A stretch of 56,849 bases of DNA from a virus (taxonomy: Duplodnaviria > Caudoviricetes). Below, one piece after another: positions 1 to 9,505 of this stretch. The translations under genes and the position numbers were made by a program. Within the stretch, counting starts at the first letter, position 1. Each line of letters opens with the position of its first letter. Location: positions 1 through 56,849 of the IMG/VR virus record IMGVR_UViG_3300032323_001633; one strand, given 5' to 3'. The notes beneath the pieces are model-generated. The model saw only the letters and a program-made list of their open reading frames with translations. It ran no database searches and was not told the origin of the DNA.

Positions 1-535
1 CTTGTTGGGCTTGTGCATCTTGAGCAGCTTCAAAAGTCCAGCGAGCTGACAATTTACGTGTCTTAGCTTCAACTGTTTGTTTCAAGATTTGAATGCTTAG
101 TTTGTTACCTGCTACGCCTTCTAAAGCTGATGTAGCAGAAGCTCTACCTGCGTCTGAACCAGAATAACCTTCAGCAATCTTGAATGGGCTTAGTGCCTCT
201 TCGCCAGCTGTTGTAGATCCACCTGTTGTTCTGCTGAGTGTATCAGAATAGCGAACACGTAGAGTGTGGATTTGACCAACTGGGCCAGTCATTGGTTGTA
301 CACCAACTAATTCGTTAGCAATAACGGTTGGCATTACACGTCTGATCACTGGAAGGATCACACGATTTAGGGTTGCTACGTTACCGGCGGATGTAGCACC
401 AGCGGTGGCACTTTCTGCGAGATACTTGCGGGTATTCTCTAGAGTGGTTGCCATTACTGAACGCTTGTTACCTTGAAGACCTTCTAATAGGGCCTCTTTA
501 GTCTCCGACCAGCGTGACTCGAGTAATTGTGACAT
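1..535 (-). CDS. gp23: Major capsid protein, T4 gp23-like (N-terminal part; runs off the window edge)
   Basis: Manual translation from ATG at 535: MSQLLESRW...LNRVILPVIRRVMPTVIANELVGVQPMTGPVGQIHTLRVRY. VRR-x-P-x-IA and GVQPMTGP are hallmark gp23 motifs. SD AAGGAG upstream; follows the scaffold and protease genes. Confidence 0.95.
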   Translation of the reverse strand, partial: MSQLLESRWSETKEALLEGLQGNKRSVMATTLENTRKYLAESATAGATSAGNVATLNRVILPVIRRVMPTVIANELVGVQPMTGPVGQIHTLRVRYSDTLSRTTGGSTTAGEEALSPFKIAEGYSGSDAGRASATSALEGVAGNKLSIQILKQTVEAKTRKLSARWTFEAAQDAQAQQ

Positions 536-546
536 TATAGTTCTCC

Positions 547-1641
547 TTAAACTTTTAGTCCCGCAAGCCTGCGGATGTCAAATATCTCAGCGGTTTTTTC
601 TTCTTTACCGCTGGATTGAGGTGCCTGTTTATCGCCTGTAATTTCTTTGCCTTCTGATAGTACTTTCTTCGCCGGTGTACCGCCATTCATTACTGCTGGT
701 AGGTATTTGTCGAAAGCTGTACGTAGCTTTTCTGTTTGTGTTGACTCAAGTAGACTTCCCATTACTTCACGTTTATCTCCAGTCAACGGTCCTAGCAATT
801 CGCTCATAACTTCCTTGCGTTGGTTGTTTTCTTTGATAACACGTAGTTCACGATCTTTTTGTGCTACTTGTTCTTGTGCTTCTGCAACAATCTTTACTGC
901 TTCTTCTAATTCGGCTTCTCTAGTCAGCATAACTTTAAGAAGTTTTGCTGTTTCAGATTTCTCATTTAGATGACTTGCAGCGTATTCGCTTGCGAAGCTT
1001 TCAAAAATCCTGCGACCAAAGTCGTTTCTACGAGCTGATTCAATGTCTTCCTTGAGCTGAGTCATTTCAGAACGTAGTCCGTTCTGCACTGTTTCTGCTA
1101 CTTTTGTGGAAGCTGCTGTGATAAAATCTTTCTTGAGATTGTCAAACTTAGCTCTGCTTTCGCGTACTAATTTTACTTTAGTTTCGGCTAGGTCTTTCTT
1201 ATCTGTGTGGAATTCTGCGATTTCTTTCGCCAGGGCATCCACGATAAAGGATTCTAATTTAGCTACATTGTTTGCAACTGTTTTGCGATCTTCGTGTAGT
1301 TCTGCCAATTCTTTGTTAAGATTATTAAAGATGAATGATTCCATTGCTTTGGAATCGTCTTTCATTTTCTTAGCATACTTGGCACGGGCTTCGATAAGTC
1401 CTTGGCGATCTTCTGCCAATTCACCTAACTCTGCCTGTAGACGGTCAGTTAGCATAGCTTCTACAGCTTCTACCATTGCGCCTTTGTCGTGCTCATACTT
1501 CTGAGCAAATTCTTCACGTAGTTCAGCAGTTACTTGGTCACGGCTTTCTTGAATTCTGCTTTCCCAAGCTGATTCAATTTCCGATTTGATTTCTTCGGAA
1601 ATCACATTGTTTTCAAACAATTGTTTTACGATGTCTAGCAT
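547..1641 (-). CDS. gp22: Prohead core scaffolding protein, T4 gp22-like
   Basis: 364-aa E/K/A-rich coiled-coil protein between the prohead protease and the capsid gene, matching T4 21-22-23 synteny. SD AGGAG. Confidence 0.8.
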   Translation of the reverse strand: MLDIVKQLFENNVISEEIKSEIESAWESRIQESRDQVTAELREEFAQKYEHDKGAMVEAVEAMLTDRLQAELGELAEDRQGLIEARAKYAKKMKDDSKAMESFIFNNLNKELAELHEDRKTVANNVAKLESFIVDALAKEIAEFHTDKKDLAETKVKLVRESRAKFDNLKKDFITAASTKVAETVQNGLRSEMTQLKEDIESARRNDFGRRIFESFASEYAASHLNEKSETAKLLKVMLTREAELEEAVKIVAEAQEQVAQKDRELRVIKENNQRKEVMSELLGPLTGDKREVMGSLLESTQTEKLRTAFDKYLPAVMNGGTPAKKVLSEGKEITGDKQAPQSSGKEEKTAEIFDIRRLAGLKV

Positions 1642-1658
1642 GTGATTCTCCTACTGGG

Positions 1659-2297
1659 TTATTTGAGACCCCTGATGATTTTCATCAGACTCTCTGCTAA
1701 GTATTTCTGTGCCTTTGGGTCGCCTTGGACTTCCTGTGCTATCTGGTATGCCTTATAACCGCCTGTGTTATTGATTAAGTGTTCGTATACTGGTGTAGGG
1801 TAAGCGCCTGGGGCACTTGGCTGTGCTACAATGTCTACTGTAATAATTTCAAAACCTTGTACTTTTCCGCTGCTGTCAACTTCGCCGGATCCCCTGGAGC
1901 TTACACCCAGTTTAACTCCCGACTCTAACATGGTCTGAATCAACTGACCCATTGGAGTTGGGAGGATTTTAAGTTTTCCGTAGCCGTTAGGACCATCCAT
2001 CCACATCTTGGTTATCATGTGACTCACACGATCAAGATTGATTTTTAAATCCTGAGGATGATCAACTTCTCCAAGAACGGAGTAGCCACCAGCGATCTGT
2101 TCATTGAGCGTTTTGACAGCCCTGCCAATTTCTTCAGAAGAGTAAACACGCTGATTTGCATTACGGATGTCTCCTTGAATGCAAATGCCGTTTAGATGCA
2201 GCGACTTTCTGCCGTCGCTGCCTTCGTCGCGCTCCAAGACAATCTTAGCCTGGTCAAAACTCAAATGTTCTGATAGAGTAGTTTTCACCTTTGTCAA
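1659..2297 (-). CDS. gp21: Prohead core protease, T4 gp21-like
   Basis: Motifs NANQRVY, LGEVDHP, INLDRVSH, TPMG, GVSSRGSG (catalytic Ser) and DIVAQPS. Confidence 0.95.
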   Translation of the reverse strand: MTKVKTTLSEHLSFDQAKIVLERDEGSDGRKSLHLNGICIQGDIRNANQRVYSSEEIGRAVKTLNEQIAGGYSVLGEVDHPQDLKINLDRVSHMITKMWMDGPNGYGKLKILPTPMGQLIQTMLESGVKLGVSSRGSGEVDSSGKVQGFEIITVDIVAQPSAPGAYPTPVYEHLINNTGGYKAYQIAQEVQGDPKAQKYLAESLMKIIRGLK

Positions 2298-2303
2298 GTC
2301 CTA

Positions 2304-3131
2304 TTACCTACGACCACGGAAAAGACTTTGCTTGTTGTCAGCGGATTCTTTTGAACCTGCTTTTTCAGCACCGTGTCCTGGCTCTTTCTTAGAAAACGCA
2401 TTACCGTTCTTAGCACCAGGAACATTAATATTACCTAAATTGTCTTCTTTAGCTTTGTTACCTGCTAGGCCACCTGCTGTACCTTTATCACTTGTGTCTT
2501 CTTGACCAAACTTTAAAGATGCACCGCCCATATCATTCTTGCTAAACTTTAGACCGCCGCCGTTGCCGTCAGCTTTTTCAGCAGCGCCTTTCTTTTCTGC
2601 GCCGTGACCTGCTGGAACTTTCTCAACATACTCACGTACAGTTGCTAGGTCCATGTCGTCTTTCATTTTTTCATCGCCCATGTCGCCCATGTCGTCCATG
2701 TCGCCCATGTCGTCGCCGCCTTTGAGTTCGTCAAATTTAGCTTGTAGTTCGTCAACAATGCTGTCTAGATCTTGGAAAAGTTCTTCTTCAGATTTTTCTT
2801 CACCTTCTTCGTCATCCATTTCTGCATCTAGATCACCTTCTAGGTCATCAGTAGGGTCTCCGCCCATTGCAGGCATTTCGTCATCGCCTTCAATGGCAAT
2901 GTCTTCAAATTCTTCGTCGACTTTGTCTTCGTCGTCTTCTTCAGAAGATTCTTCTACTTCTTCTTCATCTTCGTCTTTTTCTTCTTCTTCAGCGATTTCG
3001 CTGTCGATTAAAGATTCATAAATTTCGCGAGATGCTGTAACAACATACTCGTGGAATAATTCTTCTGCTTTAGCTTGATCGTCGTTGACCAAATGCTCAA
3101 GCATCTGTTGTAATAATTTATTGTCGGCCAT
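2304..3131 (-). CDS. Highly acidic prohead core protein (gp67/gp68-like position)
   Basis: Very D/E-rich. Start moved to MADNK (3131) because SD GAGGAG lies just upstream. Sits between the portal and protease genes, as T4 core genes do. Confidence 0.6.
   Translation of the reverse strand: MADNKLLQQMLEHLVNDDQAKAEELFHEYVVTASREIYESLIDSEIAEEEEKDEDEEEVEESSEEDDEDKVDEEFEDIAIEGDDEMPAMGGDPTDDLEGDLDAEMDDEEGEEKSEEELFQDLDSIVDELQAKFDELKGGDDMGDMDDMGDMGDEKMKDDMDLATVREYVEKVPAGHGAEKKGAAEKADGNGGGLKFSKNDMGGASLKFGQEDTSDKGTAGGLAGNKAKEDNLGNINVPGAKNGNAFSKKEPGHGAEKAGSKESADNKQSLFRGRR
2674..2709. repeat. 9-bp tandem repeat TCG(C/T)CCATG x4 encoding DM-G/D repeats
   Basis: tcgcccatg tcgcccatg tcgtccatg tcgcccatg read directly. 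Confidence 0.85.
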
Positions 3132-3191
3132 GGTATTCTCCTCAAATGGTATGGGCTGTTGTATATTTAACACGGAGATTACAAACCGGTG

Positions 3192-3848
3192 TTAAATGGT
3201 AGTTTTTTGATTGATTTGATCTGAATATATAGTATCAGGAAAACTTCTACTAAATTCGTCGTAGGTGATATGACTTAGGTTAGGTAACGTAGGGCCTAGC
3301 TTATCTGGTATAAATGCCCCAGGTTCTATTACCCTAAAAAAATGTGTGTGACGGAATTCTTTGATTACTTTTTCAGTTTGGCTTAACCAGTTTCCGTGGT
3401 ATGTAGCTGCGTCTGTTGATTTTTTATAATTGAATGTATCTGCGTACACATTGTTAAATTTACCATTTAATCCCTGATAATCAAAACCAAAAATATAGAT
3501 GGTCTTGTGTTCTTGGGTAGCTGCAAACCATAATGCAGTGGGTCCTGAGCTCCAGCCTTTATGGGGGCTAAAGAAGTTTATATTGTGTTTGGTTTGTATA
3601 CCTTTGTTGGGATTTGTCCAGACCTGATGTTTTTTGTGGTAGCCGGATTCAATGATTTCGTTGACCATCTTTACATCTACAGCTATTAGATAATTTGGTT
3701 CAAACTCACGATATTGTGCATTGCACCCGTAAGTCACACCTTTGGTCATTAGAGAACGAACGTCTAGACACTGTCGGCTGGTGCCGTTGCCTATAACAAA
3801 TCCAGGATTATTGTGCAGGTGCTGCTTCTTCGCCAACTGGAGTTCCAT
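3192..3848 (-). CDS. Putative Maf/DUF115-like (sialyltransferase-type Rossmann fold) protein
   Basis: FVIGNGTSR, YGCNA, LIAVD, SSGPTAL and IYIFGFDY motif series typical of DUF115/GT29/GT42-like folds. The true start may lie slightly downstream. Confidence 0.55.
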   Translation of the reverse strand: MELQLAKKQHLHNNPGFVIGNGTSRQCLDVRSLMTKGVTYGCNAQYREFEPNYLIAVDVKMVNEIIESGYHKKHQVWTNPNKGIQTKHNINFFSPHKGWSSGPTALWFAATQEHKTIYIFGFDYQGLNGKFNNVYADTFNYKKSTDAATYHGNWLSQTEKVIKEFRHTHFFRVIEPGAFIPDKLGPTLPNLSHITYDEFSRSFPDTIYSDQINQKTTI

Positions 3849-4059
3849 ACATTTGTCTTATAAAGTCCAGTTCAGATTGAGATTCTAATTGATGTGCTTC
3901 GCTTTGAAGCCTCAGTTGATTGATTTGACGCAGTGTAAGACGTATCTTTCTAGTGTCTTTTTTGTCAACAACACTGCTATCTCTGCTGGACTCGTATCTG
4001 CGATCTTGAGCAAAGTCGTTGTTTTTTTCGTTAAAGTAAAAGAATTCGTTAAGAAGCAT
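3808..4059 (-). CDS. Small hypothetical head-region protein (83 aa)
   Basis: MLLNEFF...TRKIRLTLRQINQLR...IRQMYG. Start placed at the ATG right after a TAAATA motif, because the longer ORF overlaps the portal gene. Confidence 0.65.
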   Translation of the reverse strand: MLLNEFFYFNEKNNDFAQDRRYESSRDSSVVDKKDTRKIRLTLRQINQLRLQSEAHQLESQSELDFIRQMYGTPVGEEAAPAQ

Positions 4060-4069
4060 AATGTATTTA

Positions 4070-5767
4070 TTACTGAACTGGTTCTTCTGGTGCTGCTTCT
4101 GCGCCTGGTTCTGCAGCAGCTGCCATATCCAACGGAGCTTCTGCTTCCTGGGCACCAGCATCTGCAGCCATGCCTCCAGGAGTTACACCTATGCCTCGTA
4201 GCTGACTCTGCGCATCAGCAGGTGCTTTGAGATTGGCACCGTTTTCTTCTCTCCACAATCTTTCGTTTTCTTTAACTTCGTCCTCAGTCATTCCTAAGAA
4301 ACGCTTCATAGCAAAGCGTTTGCTGAGATGTGGAATCTGCACTACCTGTGCAAATGTGGCTGCTCGAGCTGTATCAAGTTCTGATTGACGATAAGCAGCA
4401 AAGTTTTGTGGCTGATTAAATTTAAGTTCAAATAGTCCGTTGTCAATGTTAACACCTTGATCATTGAGCCAAAGTTTAAACTCAAGATCAAATGTTTCAA
4501 CTATAATGCTCTGCAGACGTTTGCAGTATTCGTTGAATCGCAGTTCTTGTATGTAAGCTGTGCCTACTTTACCATCACTAACAGTGTTGGCCTGCTCATC
4601 GATCGCTGTGGGCAAGTACGAAGCAGGAATACGTAAAGCACGGAATAACTTGTTGGTAAAATAACGCAAGTCTGTAATTTCACCTAGGTTTGTACCGCCT
4701 GGCAGTGTTTCAACTTTTGATCCTCGACCTTCTGCTGTCTGTGGGAAGAAATAGTCTTCGTTTACACTTAGAGGATTATAACTGGCGTCTATGACGTTGG
4801 CTCCGCCACCGGTTGAGCTAGGAATACGTCTTTGTTGAATTTCGTTTTTAACACGTTCAACAAAACTCATAGCCATGTGTGCCGGCATATTTCCTACGTC
4901 AACGTAGAAAATACGTCTTTCTGGAGCACGTTGGATACGATAGATAATGATAGCATCTTCCAGCAATTCTTTCTGCTTGTAGACTTTAAACACAGATTCT
5001 AATAGACTGTTACCAAAAGGATAATTGTTGTCTAGACCTTCTGACAATGAAAGATGAATAACATGTTTGGCATCTATAGTAATTTCATTAGTTTGATTGC
5101 TAAATCTTGTGCCTACTGAACGTGCTGCATCGCCTGCAAATCCTCTGCCGCCGCCGCCACCGCCGGTTGTATATGAACTGGTGCCGCTAGGAGCTGTGTT
5201 TGTGGTGTTGTGCGGTGTAGTGGCTATAAATTCTTTGAAGTTGAAGTTGAGATCGCGAATCACATACTGTTCAGGAATTTTGCCTTCTGATTCGTTGACA
5301 ATTATCTTAGTGACTTTAGAAGCATCTACAAACAACCATTTTTTAGTTTCTGGATCTCTAACGAAAAAACAGTCACCGTATTTGAATGTGTTACGCAGTA
5401 TCCGAAAGATTCTAGTTTCAAAACTATTCTGTTTGGTCCACTTCTGTAGACTGTCTTTGAGTATTTTTACTTCTGTAGCAGTAGGCTCGCCACGGAAAAA
5501 TGTGTGAAACGGTGTGGCATTTTCTTTGTCTTTCTGTGTGCAAAATTCTGTAAGTATGTCCAAAGCAGCATTGACTTCTGAGTCCATGTCCATGGTATCA
5601 TACTGCATATATCGTTCTACACGATTGGGACTACCTGCGTAAACATCTGGTAGATAGCTGGAATAATTAGCACGAGCAGGACCTGGACGGCCGCGACCAC
5701 TGATTGGACTCATGCTGCCGCCAGTGTTGTCTATGTTAACAGGGGTGAAGTATTTTTTCCAGCTCAT
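4070..5767 (-). CDS. gp20: Portal vertex protein, T4 gp20-like
   Basis: Motifs LLEDAIIIYRIQRAPERRIFYVDVGNMP, EDYFFP, GRGSKVETLPGGTNLGEITDLRYF, LFRALRIPASY and ELRF. Confidence 0.97.
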   Translation of the reverse strand: MSWKKYFTPVNIDNTGGSMSPISGRGRPGPARANYSSYLPDVYAGSPNRVERYMQYDTMDMDSEVNAALDILTEFCTQKDKENATPFHTFFRGEPTATEVKILKDSLQKWTKQNSFETRIFRILRNTFKYGDCFFVRDPETKKWLFVDASKVTKIIVNESEGKIPEQYVIRDLNFNFKEFIATTPHNTTNTAPSGTSSYTTGGGGGGRGFAGDAARSVGTRFSNQTNEITIDAKHVIHLSLSEGLDNNYPFGNSLLESVFKVYKQKELLEDAIIIYRIQRAPERRIFYVDVGNMPAHMAMSFVERVKNEIQQRRIPSSTGGGANVIDASYNPLSVNEDYFFPQTAEGRGSKVETLPGGTNLGEITDLRYFTNKLFRALRIPASYLPTAIDEQANTVSDGKVGTAYIQELRFNEYCKRLQSIIVETFDLEFKLWLNDQGVNIDNGLFELKFNQPQNFAAYRQSELDTARAATFAQVVQIPHLSKRFAMKRFLGMTEDEVKENERLWREENGANLKAPADAQSQLRGIGVTPGGMAADAGAQEAEAPLDMAAAAEPGAEAAPEEPVQ

Positions 5768-8565
5768 GCTTTGTATAGATTCTTGTTAAGGCCTTTAGTA
5801 GCCATTACATTTTCATAAGTGTTTGTAGTGGTCTGCGCCTGCAGTTTTATTAATTGTGCCATCTTAGTATTTAACTCCGCGAGCAGTGTAGAAGGTGATT
5901 CTTGAGATTTTTTATTTTGCTCTTCTTTTTCTTTAGCTGCTGCATCTTCTTTGGCTTTGGCTTCTGCATCTGTTTTGGCTTTGGCTTCTGCTTCAGCTGT
6001 TTTCTTTTCAGCATCTGCTTCTAGAGCCTTTTTACCGCTGTCTACATTGGAAGTTTTAGTAGCCGGCTGTGATTTAGCCAATGCTTCTGCTTTGGTCAGT
6101 GCTTCTAATTTCTTCTCAGCTGCTTCGATTTTTTCCGCAGCAGCTTTCTTTTCGGCACCAGTTTTTGCTGCTGCTAATTCTTTGTCAGCAGCGTCTTTTT
6201 CTTTGCCAATTTCTTGTTTTTTAATACCAATTTCTACAGCACCACCTTGCTTACCACTGAACTGTTTCAACAATTCTTCCGGACCTGCACTGTAATCTAA
6301 TAATTTTTCTTGAGCTTTGACCGCAGCTTCTTTGGCTTCTGCTTCTTTTTTTGCTCCAGCTGTGAGTCTGTCGGAGGTGAGTTTTTGTTCTTTGAATTTT
6401 TTACTGTCTTCTTTAAGTCCGTCTTTCTGTGCTTGTTTAGCTTCGTCATTGTTGGTTTTACGCAATGATCTTTCTTCAGCTCGATCTTTTTTTCGTTGAT
6501 CAGATGCAGCCTTGCGTTCAGCATATTCTGTTTCACTGATACCTGCTAGGCCTTTGGTTAATTTTCCTATAGCAAATAAAATTTGGTCCATTAAATCGTC
6601 AAAGAATGATCCTACATCTTGAACAATATCCATAAACTTTGCCAATCCATTAACTACGCCCTTGACAACAGACCAAAGACCTCCAAGTATGGCTACTACT
6701 GTTTTGATAATTGGTGTAAACATAAAATCAAACACCTTAATTAGCACTCCTATGGCTGTACCTAAGACTTGGAATACTTCTCCTATAAATGCACCTACTT
6801 CGATTAATATCTCACCAAACCCTCCAGTGCTTTCCGAAACTCCAAATAAGTTGCCCATCAGTTCTTTGAACGGTTGAATAATCTGCATCACGCCATTATA
6901 CAGTCCGTCAAACGCTAATATTGCGCCTCTAACTATTCCGCCTAGAACAGGAAACACAGCATTCATAATACCGTCAATGAATTCTACTGTGCCGCCTAGT
7001 CCCGAAGAACCAAATTTTTCACTGAGGTAAGATATCACCGGAGCTAATAGCAAACTCATGCCTTCCCATATCTTCATGGCCACCGACACCACAAGATTGA
7101 AAGCAGGTACCAAATATTTTTCTGCAAGATTAGCTACTGTACCAAACGCACTAATCAAATAGTCTAGTATGCCACTGTTAGCCAGCAGCATTTTAAACTT
7201 GTTACCTACTTCCGCGATTGCAGCTTGGAACTGCTGCATCTTTTGATTCATTTTGTCTGTTTCAGCAGCAGCTTTTTTCTGTTCTTCTGTGGCTTGCTTC
7301 AACCCGTCGGCGTTTATCTGTTGTGTAGCTGCTAATGCGTTAACAGTGCCGCCTAACTCAGCACTGGCAGCTCCCGCATATTTTATGTTCTGTAGATTTT
7401 TTGCACCTTCTTGTTTCATCAAGTTGTTTAAGGCGTTGCGTTCTTCTAAGGTTACTGCTTCGCCTCGCTGCATTTTTTGATTCATTCTCTGCAGCATGGC
7501 CGCGCTCTGAGGCATCATTGCCATGAGCTTTTGATTTTCTTCCGTTGTGGCTGTGCCTGTAGACATAATGTCTTTGGCGAATGTTTCGAGTCCTTTAGGC
7601 AAGCCGCCGGTTACTGCTAAGAAACTGTTTCTCACTCCCTCGCCTAACCCCGACATAGATGCTTGGAACTGTGCATCCTTGGCCATTGCTGCCATTGATT
7701 CTTCTACTTGTGCTCTTGATTGCCCTGTAGCTTTAGCCAGCGCATCCATTTCTTTTAGATAGGTTTTAGCACCTTGTGCTAATTCTGCATTAGATTTTTT
7801 ACCTTGTAGACCTTGAGACTTCATCAATGCACCGTAACTGGCCAATCCTTGATTGATATCCTGTGTACTGAATCCCAACGCATATAATTCACTGCTGGTA
7901 CCGCGCAGTTGTTTTGATACTCGAGCAAAATTACTTGCACCGCCTTCTGTGGTAGTTCCAAACGCAGTCATGGCATTACCGTTCTTCTGAATCATTGATC
8001 CAAACTCTGCCATTGACATACCTGCCTGAGAAGCAGCTGTGGCAAAATTGCTGATACTGCCTCCAAATGTAGCACCGGTCTGTGACACAGCTACAAAAGA
8101 TTTAGTTACGTCATCAGCTGCACCTGCCACCGCACTAAACAGCTTACCAAATATTGGAATACTGCTAAACATTTGGGCAGCACCAGTAGCACTACCATCT
8201 AACCTTGACAATGATTCAACTGCTCCTGTCACAGTATCACTAAACTTTACATAAGCACCAGCGGCCTGTATAGCTGTATCTTTAAGTTTACCTATGCCGG
8301 ATACAGCCATGCCGGCCATGAATCCCACGCTTTTAAAAGATTTACTAACCGCAGCAGAAGCAAGTCCTAACGCACCGCCACCTGCTCCGCCGCCACCTCC
8401 GCCACTTCCTGGGGGGCCACCTCCACCACCACCACCTCCAGGACCGCCACGGCCACCTCCACCTCCACCACCCATTGCAGCAAGTATGGCCTTGAGAGTG
8501 GCTTCAGAAGCTGCGTTTTGAGCTTCAACTTGCCCAATTCCTGGGATGTCGATCATTACTGCCAT
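5764..8565 (-). CDS. Tape-measure-like protein
   Basis: 933 aa, mostly helical and A/G/K/Q-rich, with amphipathic/hydrophobic central repeats and a Gly-rich N-terminus. Divergent from a gp26-like chaperone gene. Confidence 0.65.
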   Translation of the reverse strand: MAVMIDIPGIGQVEAQNAASEATLKAILAAMGGGGGGGRGGPGGGGGGGGPPGSGGGGGGAGGGALGLASAAVSKSFKSVGFMAGMAVSGIGKLKDTAIQAAGAYVKFSDTVTGAVESLSRLDGSATGAAQMFSSIPIFGKLFSAVAGAADDVTKSFVAVSQTGATFGGSISNFATAASQAGMSMAEFGSMIQKNGNAMTAFGTTTEGGASNFARVSKQLRGTSSELYALGFSTQDINQGLASYGALMKSQGLQGKKSNAELAQGAKTYLKEMDALAKATGQSRAQVEESMAAMAKDAQFQASMSGLGEGVRNSFLAVTGGLPKGLETFAKDIMSTGTATTEENQKLMAMMPQSAAMLQRMNQKMQRGEAVTLEERNALNNLMKQEGAKNLQNIKYAGAASAELGGTVNALAATQQINADGLKQATEEQKKAAAETDKMNQKMQQFQAAIAEVGNKFKMLLANSGILDYLISAFGTVANLAEKYLVPAFNLVVSVAMKIWEGMSLLLAPVISYLSEKFGSSGLGGTVEFIDGIMNAVFPVLGGIVRGAILAFDGLYNGVMQIIQPFKELMGNLFGVSESTGGFGEILIEVGAFIGEVFQVLGTAIGVLIKVFDFMFTPIIKTVVAILGGLWSVVKGVVNGLAKFMDIVQDVGSFFDDLMDQILFAIGKLTKGLAGISETEYAERKAASDQRKKDRAEERSLRKTNNDEAKQAQKDGLKEDSKKFKEQKLTSDRLTAGAKKEAEAKEAAVKAQEKLLDYSAGPEELLKQFSGKQGGAVEIGIKKQEIGKEKDAADKELAAAKTGAEKKAAAEKIEAAEKKLEALTKAEALAKSQPATKTSNVDSGKKALEADAEKKTAEAEAKAKTDAEAKAKEDAAAKEKEEQNKKSQESPSTLLAELNTKMAQLIKLQAQTTTNTYENVMATKGLNKNLYKA
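8374..8472. repeat. Low-complexity CCN repeat encoding a poly-Gly/Pro linker
   Basis: ccacctccaccaccacctcc runs; protein GGGGGGGRGGPGGGGGGGGPPGSGGGGGGAGGG. Confidence 0.8.
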
Positions 8566-8593
8566 GGCTTATTTTTTCCTGGATAAATGCGCA

Positions 8594-8622
8594 TATAAAT
8601 ACACTTGCGTATTATATATTTA
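8594..8622. promoter_or_regulatory. Overlapping late promoters for the divergent genes: TATAAATA (+, 8594-8601) and TAAATA (-, 8617-8622)
   Basis: Exact T4 late consensus TATAAATA upstream of 8634 and a reverse TAAATA upstream of 8565; gp55 is encoded in the window. Confidence 0.7.
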
Positions 8623-8633
8623 CCGGAGATAAA

Positions 8634-9497
8634 ATGGACCAAATTCCTAATCAGAGCCAGCAAAAAAAGAACCCGCTGAGCAGCTTTTATAGACAGCCAA
8701 AGATCTATGTCAAACTACCAAGCAAAGGTGAGTTCTATCCACCTGGCAGTTTAGATGTTAGCGCCAACGGAGAATATCCTGTTTATGCAATGACTGCCAA
8801 AGATGAACTGCTGTTCAAGACTCCGGATGCACTGTTAAGCGGACAAAGCACTGTAGAACTGATTAAAAGCTGTATTCCAGCGATAACTAATCCTTGGGCA
8901 ATGCCAAACATAGATCTAGACTTTGCGCTAATATCCATACGTATTGCTACCTACGGTGACAAGATGGAAGTGGGTTGTAACTGTCCTCACTGTGAAGCTG
9001 AAAACAATTACGACATCGATCTCACTGCTTGGTTTAGTGTGTTTAACAATTTCCATTATGAAAAAGATATCCCAATAGATCAACTAACGGTACATGTGCG
9101 CCCGTATACCTACAAAGAAGTTACAAAAACTGCAATCCAGACCATGGAGCAGCAGAGAATATTCCAGATCATCAATGACGATACTTTATCAGACGAAGTC
9201 AAACTGGAAAGATTTGGTACAAGTTTTATCAAACTCACAGAACTCACAGTGGATATTATCGCAGACTGTATCACTGCCATAGATGCACCAGAAGGCACCG
9301 TTACTGATCAAGCCATGATCAAAGATTTTATTGCGAACTGTGCCAAAGATGTATTTGAAAAAATACAGAAACATGTGGTACAGATGAAAGACAATATTCA
9401 GTTTGAAGCACAAAACGTTACCTGTGGAGAATGTAATAAGTCATTTAGCTTGCCTATTACAATGGATCAGGCAAATTTTTTCGCCGTAAAATCTTAA
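8634..9497 (+). CDS. gp26: Baseplate hub / tail assembly chaperone, T4 gp26-like
   Basis: YVKLPSKG, MTAKDE, DLDFALISIRIATYG, two CxxC motifs (CPHC, CGEC) and a C-terminal NFF; SD GGAG. Confidence 0.8.
   Translation: MDQIPNQSQQKKNPLSSFYRQPKIYVKLPSKGEFYPPGSLDVSANGEYPVYAMTAKDELLFKTPDALLSGQSTVELIKSCIPAITNPWAMPNIDLDFALISIRIATYGDKMEVGCNCPHCEAENNYDIDLTAWFSVFNNFHYEKDIPIDQLTVHVRPYTYKEVTKTAIQTMEQQRIFQIINDDTLSDEVKLERFGTSFIKLTELTVDIIADCITAIDAPEGTVTDQAMIKDFIANCAKDVFEKIQKHVVQMKDNIQFEAQNVTCGECNKSFSLPITMDQANFFAVKS
9473..9482 (+). promoter_or_regulatory. Candidate -1 ribosomal frameshift slippery site (A AAT TTT / T TTT TTC)
   Basis: In-frame X XXY YYZ heptamers 4-5 codons before the gp26-like stop; the -1 frame is open through to 9709. 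Confidence 0.65.
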
Positions 9498-9505
9498 CGT
9501 TATCC

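Noticed and set aside
3167-3195. Inverted repeat TTAACAC...GTGTTAA next to a TAAATA motif
   Set aside because: AT-rich stem with no U-tract; too weak to call a terminator
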